A DNA stretch of 64,000 bases from Eledone cirrhosa (GCA_964016885.1 OZ024743.1:344410001-344474000); one strand, 5' to 3'. Shown: positions 35,302 through 48,736, counted from the stretch's first letter. Notes: generated from the sequence alone by a model not told the origin. Program-made: numbers and translations.

Positions 35302-37271
35302 TTACTTACCTTCCAGGCTCTTGTGAAGGTCGGGATGTTCGACCTCCATAGATGGTGGGGTTTCTTTTGGGAACCCCTTTAAAAGTCTTGAAGTTGGTTT
35401 TACGTTCGGGGTTCCTACGTCCTGAGGAAAGCTGTCTCGTATTTCTTTATATACATCGATCGACATTCGCACCAGAACCAAATCTTCCGGCACGCGAAAT
35501 ATGCTCGATTTAAAAATTCCCCCCTCTTTTTGTATATTTTCACTTCGTGCTACGAGGCCCATCAGTTCCTTGTTGGTCCTCCTGACGAGCACAAAGTTTT
35601 GTATGTTTTGTTGGTGTGATTTTATTTGTTTGCGTGGCCGTGGTGGTGATGGTTTTGGTGGTGTTGTTTCGGTTGCGTCTGTTTGTTGTGAGTGCGGTGT
35701 CTGTGGTTTCAGATGTATGTATATTTGTTCTTGCGTCTGTTTAGGTTGTTTGCGTTTGGGGGATTCTGGTGATGGTGATGGTGGTGTTGATGTTGGTGTT
35801 ATTGGAGAGATGTTTGCGTGGGTGGTGTCTGCGTTTTTTTTATTGTGGGTGATTTTGTGCTTTGTTGAGTTTTTTTTTTCTTTTTGTGTTTCCTTTTTTG
35901 TATTTTGGGGGATTTTGGTTTTCCTTCATCTTCACTACTGGTAGATGAGGGGTCTGTGTCTGTAAGTGTGTTTGTATGTATGTTTATGGTGTTATTGGTG
36001 TGTGTATTTTTGGGGGGAGGAAGAATTTGACAGCTTTCCTCGTTTCCCCCCTGGGTGGTCAATGTTGGTGGTGGTCTATCTATTGGTGTTGTTGTTGGTG
36101 GTTTTTCCGGTGCTGGTGTTTGTTGTGGTCCTCGCCCCGGCGTCGGCAGCAGTGGAGCCTTTCGACCCCTTGCCTCTTTCAGTAGTTGAGGGCAGAAGGC
36201 TCGCAAATTGGTTTTTTCCCCACAAACAAAACACTGCGGCCTTTTGCCTTCGGTCATAATGTGAATGACCGTCCCATTCTGAAGGCGCATGTGGTCCGGG
36301 ATTGTCTTCACATTCTCGGGCCTGATCTGGAGAAGGATCTCCAGGTTAACCCCGGACCAGTCCTCTCTGCCTGTTCTGGTCACTTCTATAGGAACGGTAT
36401 CCGTCCCCTCCACAATAAGACACATCCCAGAAGCCACCACATGTCAAGTCCTGGTGGGATTCTGGGAATGTGGAGACGGGCTGTTCTTTTTCCCATGTGG
36501 GAGGGGTACATTATGACCTTGCTGGTTTTGCAAGGAGTCATAGCGTGTTTCATAGCGAGGGCTTCTGACTTGAACAACACCGAAATCGTGCCGTACTGTC
36601 TGCCCCTCTCTGTGTACTGGGTGTCTTCTCTGATCCACCTCAGCGCGACTCCGACATCTTCTTGTGGGATTAAAGCTGCCCTTTTGGTTTGTGCTGAGAT
36701 GCATCTATAATGCACCGTTCTGCGCTCCACTGCCTCAATAGCTTCTACCGGGACAGATAAGTTGGCCCAGGTTTGCTCTTGCTTGATGAGCTTCCATGCC
36801 TGGGCCAACTTTTCATCTTTGTTTGAGAGGTCCATGTTGAAGCATGGCCTCTTCTTTGCTGCTGCCGCAGCGAAAGTGTTCTTCTTGTTTTCGTTGGGGG
36901 TGTTGTTGTCGTTGTTCTTGTTGGTGTTGTTGTTAGATCTGTCGCTGTTATCATAGTTGTCTTTGTTGCCACCGTTGTTCTCGGTGCAGTTGGTATTGTT
37001 GCTGTTGGTGTTGTCGCTATTTGTTTAGTGGTGTTGATATTGTTGTTGTATTTGTTATTTTTTTTTTGTTATCTGTATTTTCGTTGTCGCTGTTACTGTC
37101 ATTTTTTTCAAAATTAGAGTTCTCATTGGTATCATTGGTGTCTTTGTTTACATTGTTTGTCGTGGTGTTTGTGTTATCAATTTGTGTTAATTTCGTTGTT
37201 GTGCTCCTCGCAACTTCTACGTCGTTGTGGCACGAACGCAGACATATCGCTGGGGGGCGTGGCTCAGCCAT
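35302..37271 (-). pseudogene. Tx1 copy A ORF1 (gag-like zinc knuckle), frameshifted
   Basis: Fragments 37017..37271, 36386..36835, 35799..36440 and 35302..35592, similar to ORF1 of copy B. Confidence 0.75.
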
Positions 37272-37476
37272 GTTATTTTTTTCTTCGTAAATTTTTTAAC
37301 ATGTAAAAAAAGTTCAAATATTTGGGCCAAAAGACCAAATATTATACTTTCCCCTTCACGGGGCAAAGTCTAAGGGCTTATATCCCTTACACAACAAGAA
37401 ATATTTAACAACAAATAATTTTAACAGGCAAATAAAGCGACTTACTGTGAGCGAGCAAAATACGTCCGCTTAGACC

Positions 37477-37541
<65 letters not shown>

Positions 37542-38657
37542 GGGAATCACATGATTGGATGATCAAACTCGTCGTTTTGAAACACGAAAGCATCAAAAGA
37601 TCATATTCCATTACAAAAGATGCACAAAGATACTGTAATGGACTACAAATTTCAGAAGTCCCATTTACTGCTGAAATGGAAAACACAGAAAAAGCAAAGC
37701 AGGTAAAAGTAACTGCAAAGAAAGGACTGCTACAGAAACTGGCTAAGAAATGGCAAGAAAAGCCTCTGTATGGAAAATACCCAGAGCGAGCTAACAATCC
37801 TGATGTTGACAAAACTTTAACCCATCAGTGGTTGGCATCCTCTGGACTGAAATCGGAGACTGAAGGACTGATTATATCAGCACAAGATCAGTGTCTGCCA
37901 ACAAAAAATTACCAAGCCAACATAATAAAATATGGATGCAGCCCATTATGCCGTGTATGCAAAAAACAACCAGAGACCATTGACCATATAATTTCAATGT
38001 GCAGTCCTATAGCTCCAACCGAATACCTAAACAGGCATGACAGAGCTGCACAATACATACATTGGATAATGTGTAAGCATTTTGACCTGCCCCATCAAAA
38101 GAATTGGTGGGAGCATCAACCACCTCCCAAACTTGAAAAAGATCACATCTCAATCTTGTGGAACTTTAGCATCCAAACAGACCGAAAAATAGATGCAAAT
38201 AGACCTGATATAATATTGAAGGACTTCAAAAAGAGGGTATGCCTGCTAATTGATATGTCTGTTCCAATAGACAAGAATGTATCTATAAAAACATTTGAAA
38301 AATTGAGCAAGTATAAGGACCTGGAGATAGAAATTGGAAAAATGTGGAAATTGAGAACTAAAACAATACCAGTGGTTGTAGGCGCTCTGGGAATGATACC
38401 TAAGGGGTATCTAATGATTACTTATCGCAAATCACAGGAAACCCGCGTATAGGAGAAATACAAAAGATAGTACTAATGGGAACTGCCCATATACCAAGGA
38501 AGATTCTGTCAATATAAGTACATCACAAGTCTAAACACTAAAGATGCATGTGTGAGTATGTATGTTCTTTCTTGAACATGGCGGACCTTGTCTCTTGAGG
38601 TCACTGGTTGTGACTTGGTGATAACTCGTATGAACATAAAGCAAGATAAATGCAACT

Positions 38658-38658
<1 letters not shown>
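37542..38658 (+). mobile_element. 5'-truncated Dong/R4 LINE (CCHC knuckle + RLE) inserted in (TAA)n
   Basis: ORF 37559..38452 reads KWQEKPLYGKY..LKSETEGLIISAQDQ..CRVC..ETIDHIISMC..RHD..NRPDIILKD..LIDMSVP..IPVVVGALG. Long (TAA)n tracts on both flanks, the known Dong target. Confidence 0.92.
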
Positions 38659-38703
<45 letters not shown>

Positions 38704-39015
38704 TTTCTTTATTGGTCACAAGGGATGACATCAAGGAAAACATTACAGACGGCACAGAACGGTACAGGACGGTACGATGTCGGTTTTGTGCGTGTAAAGA
38801 TTTTTATTATTTATATAAGAAACGAAAAAGAAAAAAAAGGACATAGAAACATATATATATATAAACAATAAAAATGAAAATTCAAACAATGAAAAATTCC
38901 CCAATAGGGGGGGGGGGGACCTCCGAGGGTTACTCGTGGCGAAAACCACACAAAAGGCCACGTCCACCCTGACCACCAGGGCAAGCGCCCTCTCTCAATT
39001 TTTCCATTCCTCAAA

Positions 39016-42000
39016 CTACAAGCGTATATTCAGAGCGGTCCCGTTCATTCGGACCATTCTCGCTACATTCACCCACCTATCAACAAACTTGCTAGAAGGC
39101 AGCACTTTCCTCTCCACCCTGATTTTCCTCTTCAAGTGAAACTTGGAAAAGTTAATTAGGGATTCGCCGAAGAGGCACGTGTCTGTCTTTATCCCTTTCA
39201 ACCTTGTCCCCCACACAATCTCTTTCGCCATGGCCACCAGGCAGATGAAAACCGCCTGCCCTTCTTCCTCGAAGGAAGACGGCGAGACGATCTGCACAAT
39301 GGACTCAGTCGATAAGTTGATCGATTCTAAACGCGACAGCAACTGTTCGACATAGCTCCACAAGTCAGCAATGCCCGGGCACTGAACGAGTGCGTGCACG
39401 ACGGTTTCGACGCTCTGCGCGCATCTCAGACAGGCTCAGCTGACGACACTTCCGTGCCTGTAGAGCTTATCTCGAACCGGCAACGCTCCCCGGAGGCACT
39501 GCCAGGCCAGGGATTTCTGGAAGCTATCCATAGGCCCTGGGCTGAAAGTTCGCCGGAAGAGAGCAAGCAGCTGATTTTCTTCGACGCCCAGGATCTCTCC
39601 GAGAACGTTGGGGCTCTTCCCCTCCACTAGTCCTCTATAGAACGCCCACGTGGATGTTCCACCGATACTGGTGCCCAGCTGGCAGAGGGCAGTGAGCGCC
39701 TGGAGACATCCCAGTTTCCAAGCGCTATCCCTCGGCCTTTTCCTGACCCAGGACTGCAGTCCGCCTGGCGAACGGCGACCACACCTGTTCACCGTCAAGG
39801 AAGCACCAGAGATGTCGCAGCCTCAGCGCATGTTTGCGCATCATCAGCCATTGCATGCCCAGTCATCCAGGCAACGGATGTTGACAGCAGATGGTTCGTC
39901 TGACGATGGGTGCGCGTCTCTGCCACAAAAAGCGGAAGAGGAGCCGCTCAATTTTGGTGAGAGTTAGGCCGGGGCAAGGGACGACGGTGAGGCGGTAGCA
40001 GATGACGGATGCGATGTACGCATTCGCCACCTCCGCCCGGCCTTTCAGGGACAGCTTCCTCTCGGCCCATTTCTGGGCGAGGGAGGCCACCTTGCTCGTC
40101 ACCTCACTCCAGTTTTTCTACATCTGGAGGTCCGGTCCGAACCAGACCCCCAGCAATTTAACCGGTCCGTCCGTCCAACGCCCCACAACGCTGTCAGACG
40201 GCATGGACTTGCCTCTCCAGGTGCCGAGCTGCAAGCCCACCGACTTTTCCTGGTTTATCTTTGCTCCTGTCACCGCTTCGTAATCCTTGAGAGCGGTGCC
40301 GAGCATCTGGACGTGTCTGGTGCACGGCACCACCACGGTGATGTCGACGGCGTAAGCCGACTCGGATTTCCCGCATCCTAGTTCGCGTGGGACGTCCCTC
40401 ATCGCCTCCAGTTTGTGCAGTAACGTCTCGAGCGCCAATACGTACAAGAGGGACGAGAGGGGACAATCCTGGCGGACTGAGCGCATGATGCTGAACGGCT
40501 GCGACAGGTGACCGTTGACCCTCACAACTGAGCAGATGTGGCTGTACATCGCAGCGATCCAACCCCTGAAAACGGGCCCGAAACCGGCTGTCCCGAAGAC
40601 CGCAGCCAGGTACCGATGGCCGACCCTATCGTATGCTTTAGATTGATCTAAGTTGATTAGGGCCCCACCCGTGCCGGCTTCCTTAACCACCATCTCTATG
40701 ATGTATCGCATGAGGTGGAGGTTGTTGTGTATGTATCTGTCCGGAATGGCGCATGTCTGCGCCTCTCCCACCAGACCCTTGACGACAAGCGCTAACCCCG
40801 TTGCTAACACCTTGGCCAAAATCTTGAACTCTGCGTTTAGCAGGGTTATGGGCCTGAAGTTATCGATAACATCCCCCTTGTTCGGATCTTATCTCAGCAG
40901 AGCCACCGCTCCCCGGCTCACAAAACTGAGAATGCTCCCGTTCTGCTGCCAGTTGCAGTAGACGTCTGCCAAGAGGTCACCGAACAAGTCTGGCATAAAT
41001 GCATAAAGCTCGTAGGGCAGACCATCCAAACTTGGCGATTTACCCCTCGTGCAGTTAGCCATCGCTTTCTGTATTTCACCGGCTGTTATTGGCTTTTCGC
41101 AACACTGTGCTGCGGTCGTCGAGAGCCGAGGCAGTCCATCGAGGTATCCACTGAAGTCCATACCCCGATCCGGCCCACCGCTGCTCCCGAACAGTTCAGC
41201 AAAGTGCTGCTGAAAAGCTTCCCACATCTGCTCGGGTTCGAGCAACACGCGCCCGTTTTGATAAGATAAAGTCCGAATTGTGGTTTTGTTGCCACGTCGC
41301 GCCTCTGCCACCCGAGCCCATTGGACGGCTTTTGTCCCCTCGTGTTACAGAGCACGCACTCTAGCTCTGAAACGCAGCCTTCGTGTTTTGCGTTGAAGAA
41401 TTGGTCGAGTTCCAATCTCGCCGCAAGCACGTCGGTTGCAATGCCTGTCCTAAACGCATTTTCTAGCTTTCTGACTAGCTCTCCCCCTACTCTATTTTCC
41501 TCTATCACTACTCCTTTGCTAAACCTAATCGACTCTACTTTCATTGCCCTTTTCAGGGCGAACCACCACCTGTTGTTGACGACCGCTCCCGTCAACGCGC
41601 GCTTAACTAATACGCTAATCCGGTCTCTGTAGGGTTTGCGCGCCGGGAAAGACGCGTTCAGCTTCCAGTAACCGGGTCCTTGTCTATGAAGTCTGTCTAT
41701 GTCGATCTCACAGATCACAAATTTGTGGTCTGTGTAGTCGACTATTTTAAATTGTTGACAACTTATACTAGCCTTATCTAGTTCTCTGCAGAATACCCTA
41801 TCGAGATACGATCTGGATGACGCGATGCGGTTTGTCGATGTCCACATTGGCACATTCGGGTGATCCAGTCAATACCTGTCAGACAGTTCAAAACGTCTGA
41901 GCAGGTTGGTGAGGCTCTTGCACCCTCCTCCCCTATCCACTAGCCCCACACAATCCCAGCGTGCATCCAAGATACCGTTCCAGTCGCCCATTAACACTAA

Positions 42001-42405
42001 AGAGCGGGACGTTCCAAGAAAGGTCTCTAGACGTCTAAAGAAATCTGGCCGTCCTGTCCCTGTCGGGGCATAGACGGCTATTAGCCTGAAAGCGTTGCCT
42101 TCGGTGCCGCTTACGTCCAGTGCCACCGACTTACCTTCTGGGTCCAGGAAGATGGTTCGTATGGCGAGACCCAAGCCTTTCCGAAACAACACAGCCACTC
42201 CGCCACCCGCTCCCGGACGGCTCGGAGATGCGTACACCTCGTAACCGTCGAAGATCGGTGCGAAAGCTTGCGTTTCGGAAATTCTCGTCTCGCTGATAGC
42301 CACCACATCTATGTTTAGTGATCTGAGGTCATTAAGAAAGTGATCCTGCTTCCAAACCGAGCTCAAGCCACGCACGTTTACACTTCCGATCCTGAATACG
42401 GCCAT
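39016..42405 (-). pseudogene. Tx1 copy B ORF2 (APE-RT), frameshifted
   Basis: Fragments from 41869..42441 to 39016..39399, colinear with copy A ORF2. Confidence 0.9.
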
Positions 42406-42437
42406 GTTGGGTGAGGAAAGGGGCAAGTGAGAAAAGA

Positions 42438-44529
42438 TCACTTACCTTGATCGTCTGGTGAAGGGACCGCTGAATCGTCCCTTCGGCTAGTCGTCGGCTC
42501 TTCTGTGAGTATATCCAAGTATACTCTCTGGTTTAGTGTCCTTCCTATGTCTCTGAAATCACCAACTGCGTTGGGGAATTTCATTTTAATGTTTGTGTAT
42601 TGTTTCTGTGATATTCTTACCAGTCGTTCGTTGGTGTTTTGATTGGTGCTGGTATTATGTAGTCGTGCTGTGAAATGTCTGTGTTCAATTATGTAAGTCA
42701 TTAGTTTCTTGTTGCGTGTATTTATTGCTGTGCATTCTTTTCTGGGGGTGGGGTGTGGTTCTGCTATTTTCTTATCGTTGTTGCTGGGTGTGTGTGTTTT
42801 GTTGTTGTGTTTGCGATGTTGGTGCTTGTGTTGGTGCTTGTTGAAGGTGTTGTTGTTGTTGGCGGTGGGGTTGCCGCCGGTGGTGATGGTAGTGCTAGTG
42901 GGGGTGGTGATGGTGTTGGTGGTGTTGCTGCTGTAAGTCTCTTTGCAGTAGCCTTTACCCTTTTTTCATTTCTTCCCTCCCTTTTCGAAGGCGACGATGC
43001 GCTGTTTCTGCGTTTGTGCCTTCTTGCGACCTTTTGCCATCCCTCTCCCACCTCACACTGTGAGGTCGGAGAGGGATACCAGCCCCACTCTTTCACTTGT
43101 TGTTGTTGGTGATGTTTGCAATGGAGTCTCTGTTGCAGCTGCAGTTGGTATTACTGTTGTTGTTGTTAATACTTCCACTGCTGCAGCTGTTCTTGATTTC
43201 CGTGGCGTGGGTATGGATGCCACGGACCTATCTTTCCTGGTTGCCGCCTGTCCTGTTGCTGGTAGCAGTGGAGCCGGTTTCTGAAGGAGGGGGGTTTTCT
43301 CCTTTCTCAGGGTTTTCTCATTGCAGAAGGCCCTGAGGTGATTCTTCGACCCACAGCAAAAGCATTTCGGGCGTTTTCCCTCACACTTATGGGCAGTTGA
43401 GTGCCGTTGTCGAAGTCTATCACATCCGGGATAGCTTCGATGCACTCCTGGTCGGTTTGAATTAACATCTCAATGGAGGGGCCGACCCAATCTTCTCGTA
43501 CTTTTTTCTGTACTTGCAGTACGGTTGTTTTGTCCTCGATTCCGATGAGGACAGACGCGGCCAGCCAAGAAGGGGCCATCCCGGGGGGCGTGGGGGGGGG
43601 GGACTTGGGTCAGGTTGACCCTCACAATTTTTTGACCGCAGTAGGAGGGCACCAACACCATTTCCTCGCTCCTTGGGGTCACTAAGGATTGAGCCTTTGC
43701 CTCCTGGGGTGTGGCAAAAAGCACGTCCACGGTGGCATATTTCTTTCCTCGGGTGATATGCGTTTTCCGCTGCCACACAGACCCTAAGACTTTTTGTATT
43801 TGAGCTTCTGTGGCTCTTTCAACCCTACATGATGTTGTGCTTACTGTACGGTATGTGACCGTTCAGTGCTGTTGGGTTTCGAAAAAATGTTCGGTTGCCT
43901 TGCAGATTGCTCGGTGTCCGGTTTTCGTCACCATCTTCCTTGCTTCCTGTAATTCCTCATTTGTTATAAGGATGGTTTCCAGGTTCTTTGCGGTACCTGC
44001 AAACGAGATTGGTTTTTCTTTCTTGTTGTTGTTGTCGTCAGAGCTGCTGTTACTTTTGTTGTTGCTGCTGGTACTACGACCGCCGCCGCCGCTGTTGCTG
44101 TTGTTGTTGCTATTGCTGTTGCTGCTGCTGCTGTTGTTGTTTATACAGCTGCTGATGTTGTTGCGGCTGCTACTAGTATTTTCCTCGCCGCTGTTGCTGC
44201 TGCTGCTGTTATTTATTACGCCTGCTGCTGCTATTCTTCATGACGTCAGACGAATGAAATGGCTTTCCGTATTTACCGCACACATCTTTCTTTGTTGTCG
44301 TCGTCGTGGAGAAATGTTCCACGGTACGCGCATTCTCTTGATGAAGAACACTACGAGAAACTACATTTTTCTTTTTCTTTAATGGCGTCGCTTGCGAAAG
44401 AGGCGACAGAGGCGACACCGCATTTAGAGAAGGGAGGGAGAGAGACAATATTTTCTCTGACGTAATAACGATTGGGGAAGAAGCCGGAAGGAGTGGGAGT
44501 GACTTGTGAAAATTCTTTTTTGTAGCCAT
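42438..44529 (-). pseudogene. Tx1 copy B ORF1, frameshifted
   Basis: Fragments with KYATVDVLF..LVPSYCG, REDWVGPSIEMLIQ and a CCHC knuckle that align with copy A ORF1. Confidence 0.72.
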
Positions 44530-44772
44530 GTTTTTTTTACGGTTTAAAATGAATATTGGGCACAAATCCTCAATAAGTGGTTATTTAACCCCGAAGGGCC
44601 AAATAACGGGAAGAAAGACCCCTCTCACGAGGAGCAGGGTGTCTTTATCTACAATTTGGTACAAGTTTTAAACAATTTACAATTGTTATAACGGTTAAAA
44701 ATTACAATACCTTACAGAGCCGAGTCTCCGTCAACCATGGCATTCAATAATAATAATAATAATAATAATAAT

Positions 44773-45706
44773 GCTTTCTTTATTAACCACAAGGGATGAC
44801 ACAAAGTATAACATTAAGTACAACACAGGACAATACAAATGGGCATTTCTGCGTGTAAAAAAAAACGAAAACTGAGTGTGACAAAAGGAAACAATGAAAA
44901 ATTCCCAATAGGGGGGAGACCTCCGAGGGTTGATCGTGGAGAAAGCCCATAAGAAAAGCCACGGTAACCCTGACCGCTAGGGCAAATGCCCTTTTCAAAT
45001 TTTCCTCCTACGATGCTACAGGCACACGCTCAGGGTCAGCCCATTCACACGGGCCATTCTTGCCTCTCTCACCCACCCACCTTTCAACAAACTGGCTGGA
45101 GGTCAGCACTTCCCTCTCACTTCCCTCTCCACCCTGATTTTCCTCTTCAGGTGAAACCTGAAAAAGTTAATGAGGGCGTCACCGAAGAGGAACATACCGG
45201 TCCTCAACCCTTTCAGACGTGTCCACCATACAATCTCCTTTACCATGGCCACCAGGCAGATAAAAACTGCCTGCCCTTCTCGGCTAAAGGAGGGCGGCGG
45301 TGCAATCTTCACGATGGACTCAGCTGATAGCCGGATCCGTTCTACACGTGACAGCAGATGTTCGGCATAACCCCACAAATGGTTTCATCGCCCTGTTCGC
45401 ATCTCGGACAGGCTCGGCTGACGGCATTTCCATGCCTGTAGAGTTTATCCCGAACTGGCAAGGCTCCTCGGTAGCACTGCTAGGCCAGGGATTTCTGGAA
45501 GTTTTCCATGGGCCCCGGCCCGAAAGGTCCCCCGAAGAGATTGGCTAGTTGGTTTTCGTCGATGCCTAGAGTCTCCCCAAGGACGTTGTTGCTCTTTCCT
45601 TCCACTAATCCTCTATAGAAAGCCAAGGTGGAGACTCCAGCGATTGTATTGCTCGACTGGTCGAGGGCTGTAAGCGCCTGAAGACATTCTAGTCTCCAAG
45701 CGTCCA
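44773..45706 (-). mobile_element. Tx1/L1-clade LINE 3' fragment (copy C)
   Basis: WRLECLQALTAL..ENFQKSLA and WGYAEHLLSRVERIRLSAESIV..FFRFHLKRKIRVERE. The 3' end is cccttgtggttaataaagaaagc then (ATT)n. Confidence 0.9.
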
Positions 45707-45948
45707 ATCCTTATTATTGCCACACGAGCAACAAACAACACGAGATTACATGGACATATTAACAAAAAGAAAAAATGAAAAGAAAAAGAAAATGGTGGAT
45801 GATTTCGCAGAATTGATTATGGAAATGAACGGGTATAGAAAACAAAAATACACAAACTGTATGGAATGAGATATCATAATAGGGGGCTAAATAACAGCAG
45901 CAAAAATAAAAATATTATCTTATGGATTGGTTGTGAACTACACATGAG

Positions 45949-46052
45949 ATACTCCCGTATGTCCCCAGAACATACTCCCGTATGTCTCCAGAATATACTC
46001 CTGTATGTGCCCAGAATATACTCCCGTATGTCCCAAAAATATACTCCCGTAT
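45949..46052. repeat. 23-bp minisatellite, ~4.5 copies
   Basis: Unit atactcccgtatgtc(c/t)ccagaa(c/t) at 45949, 45972, 45995, 46018 and 46041. Confidence 0.9.
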
Positions 46053-46189
46053 ATTATTGGTAGATTAGCATATTTTAACAAAGTCCAGAAAGAAAAATGT
46101 TTTGCTTAACCTTCCTTCCAAAAAAGTTACGCATGGTTGGAATGGATCTCCGTTGGTTTCGCCGATGACTGTTCCAGTTGTTCTAACAC

Positions 46190-46510
46190 ACATACATACA
46201 TGATGGCTGCCCCCTCGTTATCGAGTATGGCCATTGCATGATTTAACATTATTAATAATTATTAATTAATGCTATCTTGCAATGCCTGTACGTGAAGATT
46301 TTCTTTTAAATGAGGATATAATGTGCACTGAGCCAAACCCACTCTCTGAGCGATAGTAGCTATAATCCCAAAAGAAGAAAAGATCAAAACCATCGGTAAC
46401 AACTAAACCGCAGGTTTTATGTCGGAGTTTTCCCAGTTTCCTGAGTTGCCTTCTCCTAGAAGAATGCCCTGACCGTTGGTTTAACCGCGCGATCGGGTAT
46501 CCATCCCGAT
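46190..46510 (-). mobile_element. Short bipartite RTE-derived element with (TATG)n tail
   Basis: The minus strand has tctaggagaaggcaactc (RTE 5' UTR-like) and ends atggccatactcgataacgagggggcagccatcatgtatgtatg, similar to the 3' ends at 6110 and 6840. Confidence 0.5.
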
Positions 46511-47294
46511 TATTTCTATGTCCTCGTGCATATATATACATATGTATATATGTATATACATATGTATATATGTATATACATGTATATACATATATACACA
46601 ATATATATACATACATACTTATATAGATACATACACAAATGAATTCATGTCTACCAAGATGATGTCCTATTCGAAAGGAAAAAACCTTGTTGCAGGTTGA
46701 TTCTGAGAGGACATGTATTTCTCAATTACTTTTTTAATAGTTGATTGAGGCGGTTCTGTATCTATCACTAGCTTATTTATGATTAGTTGAGGTACCTTAC
46801 CTCTTTTATTTACAAAATATCATTCCTATTCACTGAAAAAGATGCGGGGTGGCAGAGAGAATTTACAAAACCCACCTAATTTACTACTGCGTCTTGTCTG
46901 AATTTGCCTGGGAGAAAAATGTGAAACGTTATTTTTCTATGGGTAGGCCGGAGAAAGAATGACAGCAATCAGCGCCATAAGGAGGACCTCCGAGAATTTT
47001 CGGGAAAAAGAAGAGGAAGGGCTATTTAGTACATCAATAAATTGATATATCGTCAAACAAGCGATCTAGTTAGAATACATGTGCACATTTAGGTGAGTGT
47101 GAGCGTCGTGCATCAAGTCAAGCTTACGAACAGATGCCGTCTGTTTCATTCAGACACTTTGAGTCAACAAGAATCTATTAGACCAGTCCACATATCACCT
47201 GACCTACCTTGGATAAAAAGTTTCTAGGTACACACATATGGTCAGTCATGACCGTAGGTCGTTTTAAATATATATTTACATGAATATTTGTTTC

Positions 47295-47350
<56 letters not shown>

Positions 47351-47364
47351 CTTTCTTTCTCCGC

Positions 47365-47395
<31 letters not shown>

Positions 47396-47405
47396 TATAT
47401 ATATG

Positions 47406-47470
<65 letters not shown>

Positions 47471-47556
47471 ATATAACAAAGGAATTGTGGTAAGGAACCA
47501 GATGGACCATAACGCACCAGAGTACTCAATACTTAGGGTAGTAGAGTGGGAATTAG

Positions 47557-47660
47557 GAAAAAGTATGACCCCGACGGCAGAGCTCAAGCCGTTTCGACGG
47601 CTATTTCTGGACTGAAATACCCGTCGAAACGGCTTGAGCTCTGCCGTCGGGGTCATATTT

Positions 47661-47664
<4 letters not shown>
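47557..47664. repeat. Fold-back hairpin (~51-bp arms, 6-nt loop) at the end of a short (TA)n-flanked insert (47476-47664)
   Basis: tatgaccccgacggcagagctcaagccgtttcgacgg pairs with ccgtcgaaacggcttgagctctgccgtcggggtcata. Confidence 0.85.
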
Positions 47665-47698
<34 letters not shown>

Positions 47699-47994
47699 TA
47701 TCGTGAATCGGAACTTCGGCCCACGAAATAACGAAAAAACAATCTTCGAAATGTGTGGCAAAGAGCTATAACTAACGTTTAATACCAATACACTGAGACG
47801 ATGCTTAAACAATCATTCGCACAGCCAAAAATACGACCAAGAAAATTCGGGTCAAACAAATAAAAATATATATGAATGAAAAATTTACCCGGATCCCTGG
47901 AAATATGGTAAAATCCAGCATTTTGGTTTGTGCGGCTCCTAAATCAGGTACCGTCCGCCTACATAAAAAATGTCAGGCTTCTGGTAAGATGATG

Positions 47995-48076
<82 letters not shown>

Positions 48077-48581
48077 GAAAATATAGAAATTAATGTGAGC
48101 AAGGAGCCAACAGTATTTCATAATATATAAGTGACTATAACGTCAAAGTGGAAAATAATTAACGTAAGATATGGGAAAATAATTCAAACTCAATTTTTTA
48201 AAAAATCAAGACAGATTTTATCCACAGATTTTGTGAAATCCAGGGAAAAAACCAATAGAGTCTTAACTCAGAATAAAATAAAGTTTAAATACTCATCCTT
48301 CAATTTGGAAAAACTACAAATGCTCTATATAGTCTTAAAAAGACTATTTCACGAAACTTTTCAGTGCGATTGGTCACGGTTGGAAACCTTCCTCGGTAGA
48401 GCTGAAACACGATAACCCTAAGACTCACTGCCAAAATATGCAAAAAAAAATATATATATATATACACACACACACATATATATATAGGGAGCGGATGAAA
48501 AACCCAAGAACACGCAATTCATCCGTTCCCTTGTCGATCCAATTTGGATTGCATCGGAAACATAACCTTATTATGTAACAA

Positions 48582-48655
48582 GCTGTCTGATGATGACACG
48601 ACACTCGCACACAGAACAGTGTGGCCAGTGTCGTCACTGAAATAAATATCACAGC
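48582..48655 (+). ncRNA. Type I hammerhead ribozyme with long stem II
   Basis: GCUGU-CUGAUGA-UGAC-ACGACACU..CACAC-AGAACA-GUGUG..AGUGUCGU-CACU-GAAA-U-AAAU-A-UC/ACAGC. Stem I is a perfect 5 bp and the cleavage triplet is AUC. It lies in a ~220-bp (TA)n-flanked insert. Confidence 0.82.
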
Positions 48656-48704
48656 ATTATTATTAAAGGACTTGAACATCTGAAACTACTTCGCTTTTCC
48701 TTAT

Positions 48705-48736
<32 letters not shown>

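Larger units (their letters stand above)
31595..37476 (-). mobile_element. Full-length Tx1/L1-clade LINE (copy A), decayed, flanked by (TAA)n
   Basis: ORF1 has the knuckle CFVCGEKTNLRAFC. ORF2 has APE (CLNVRGL, IAVSETR, GDWN, SYIDRIF), RT (NFRPITLLN, DQSKAFDRV, RQGCPLS, YADD) and the C-terminal CPRC..ALVQC. The 3' end is cccttgtggccaataaa. Confidence 0.93.
38702..44745 (-). mobile_element. Full-length Tx1/L1-clade LINE (copy B, a different family from A), decayed, flanked by (TAA)n
   Basis: ORF1 knuckle CFCCGSKNHLRAFC. ORF2 has VNVRGL, AISETR, GDWN, SYLDRVF, DQSKAYDRV and YAVD (mutated YADD). The 3' end is cccttgtgaccaataaagaaatc. Confidence 0.93.
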
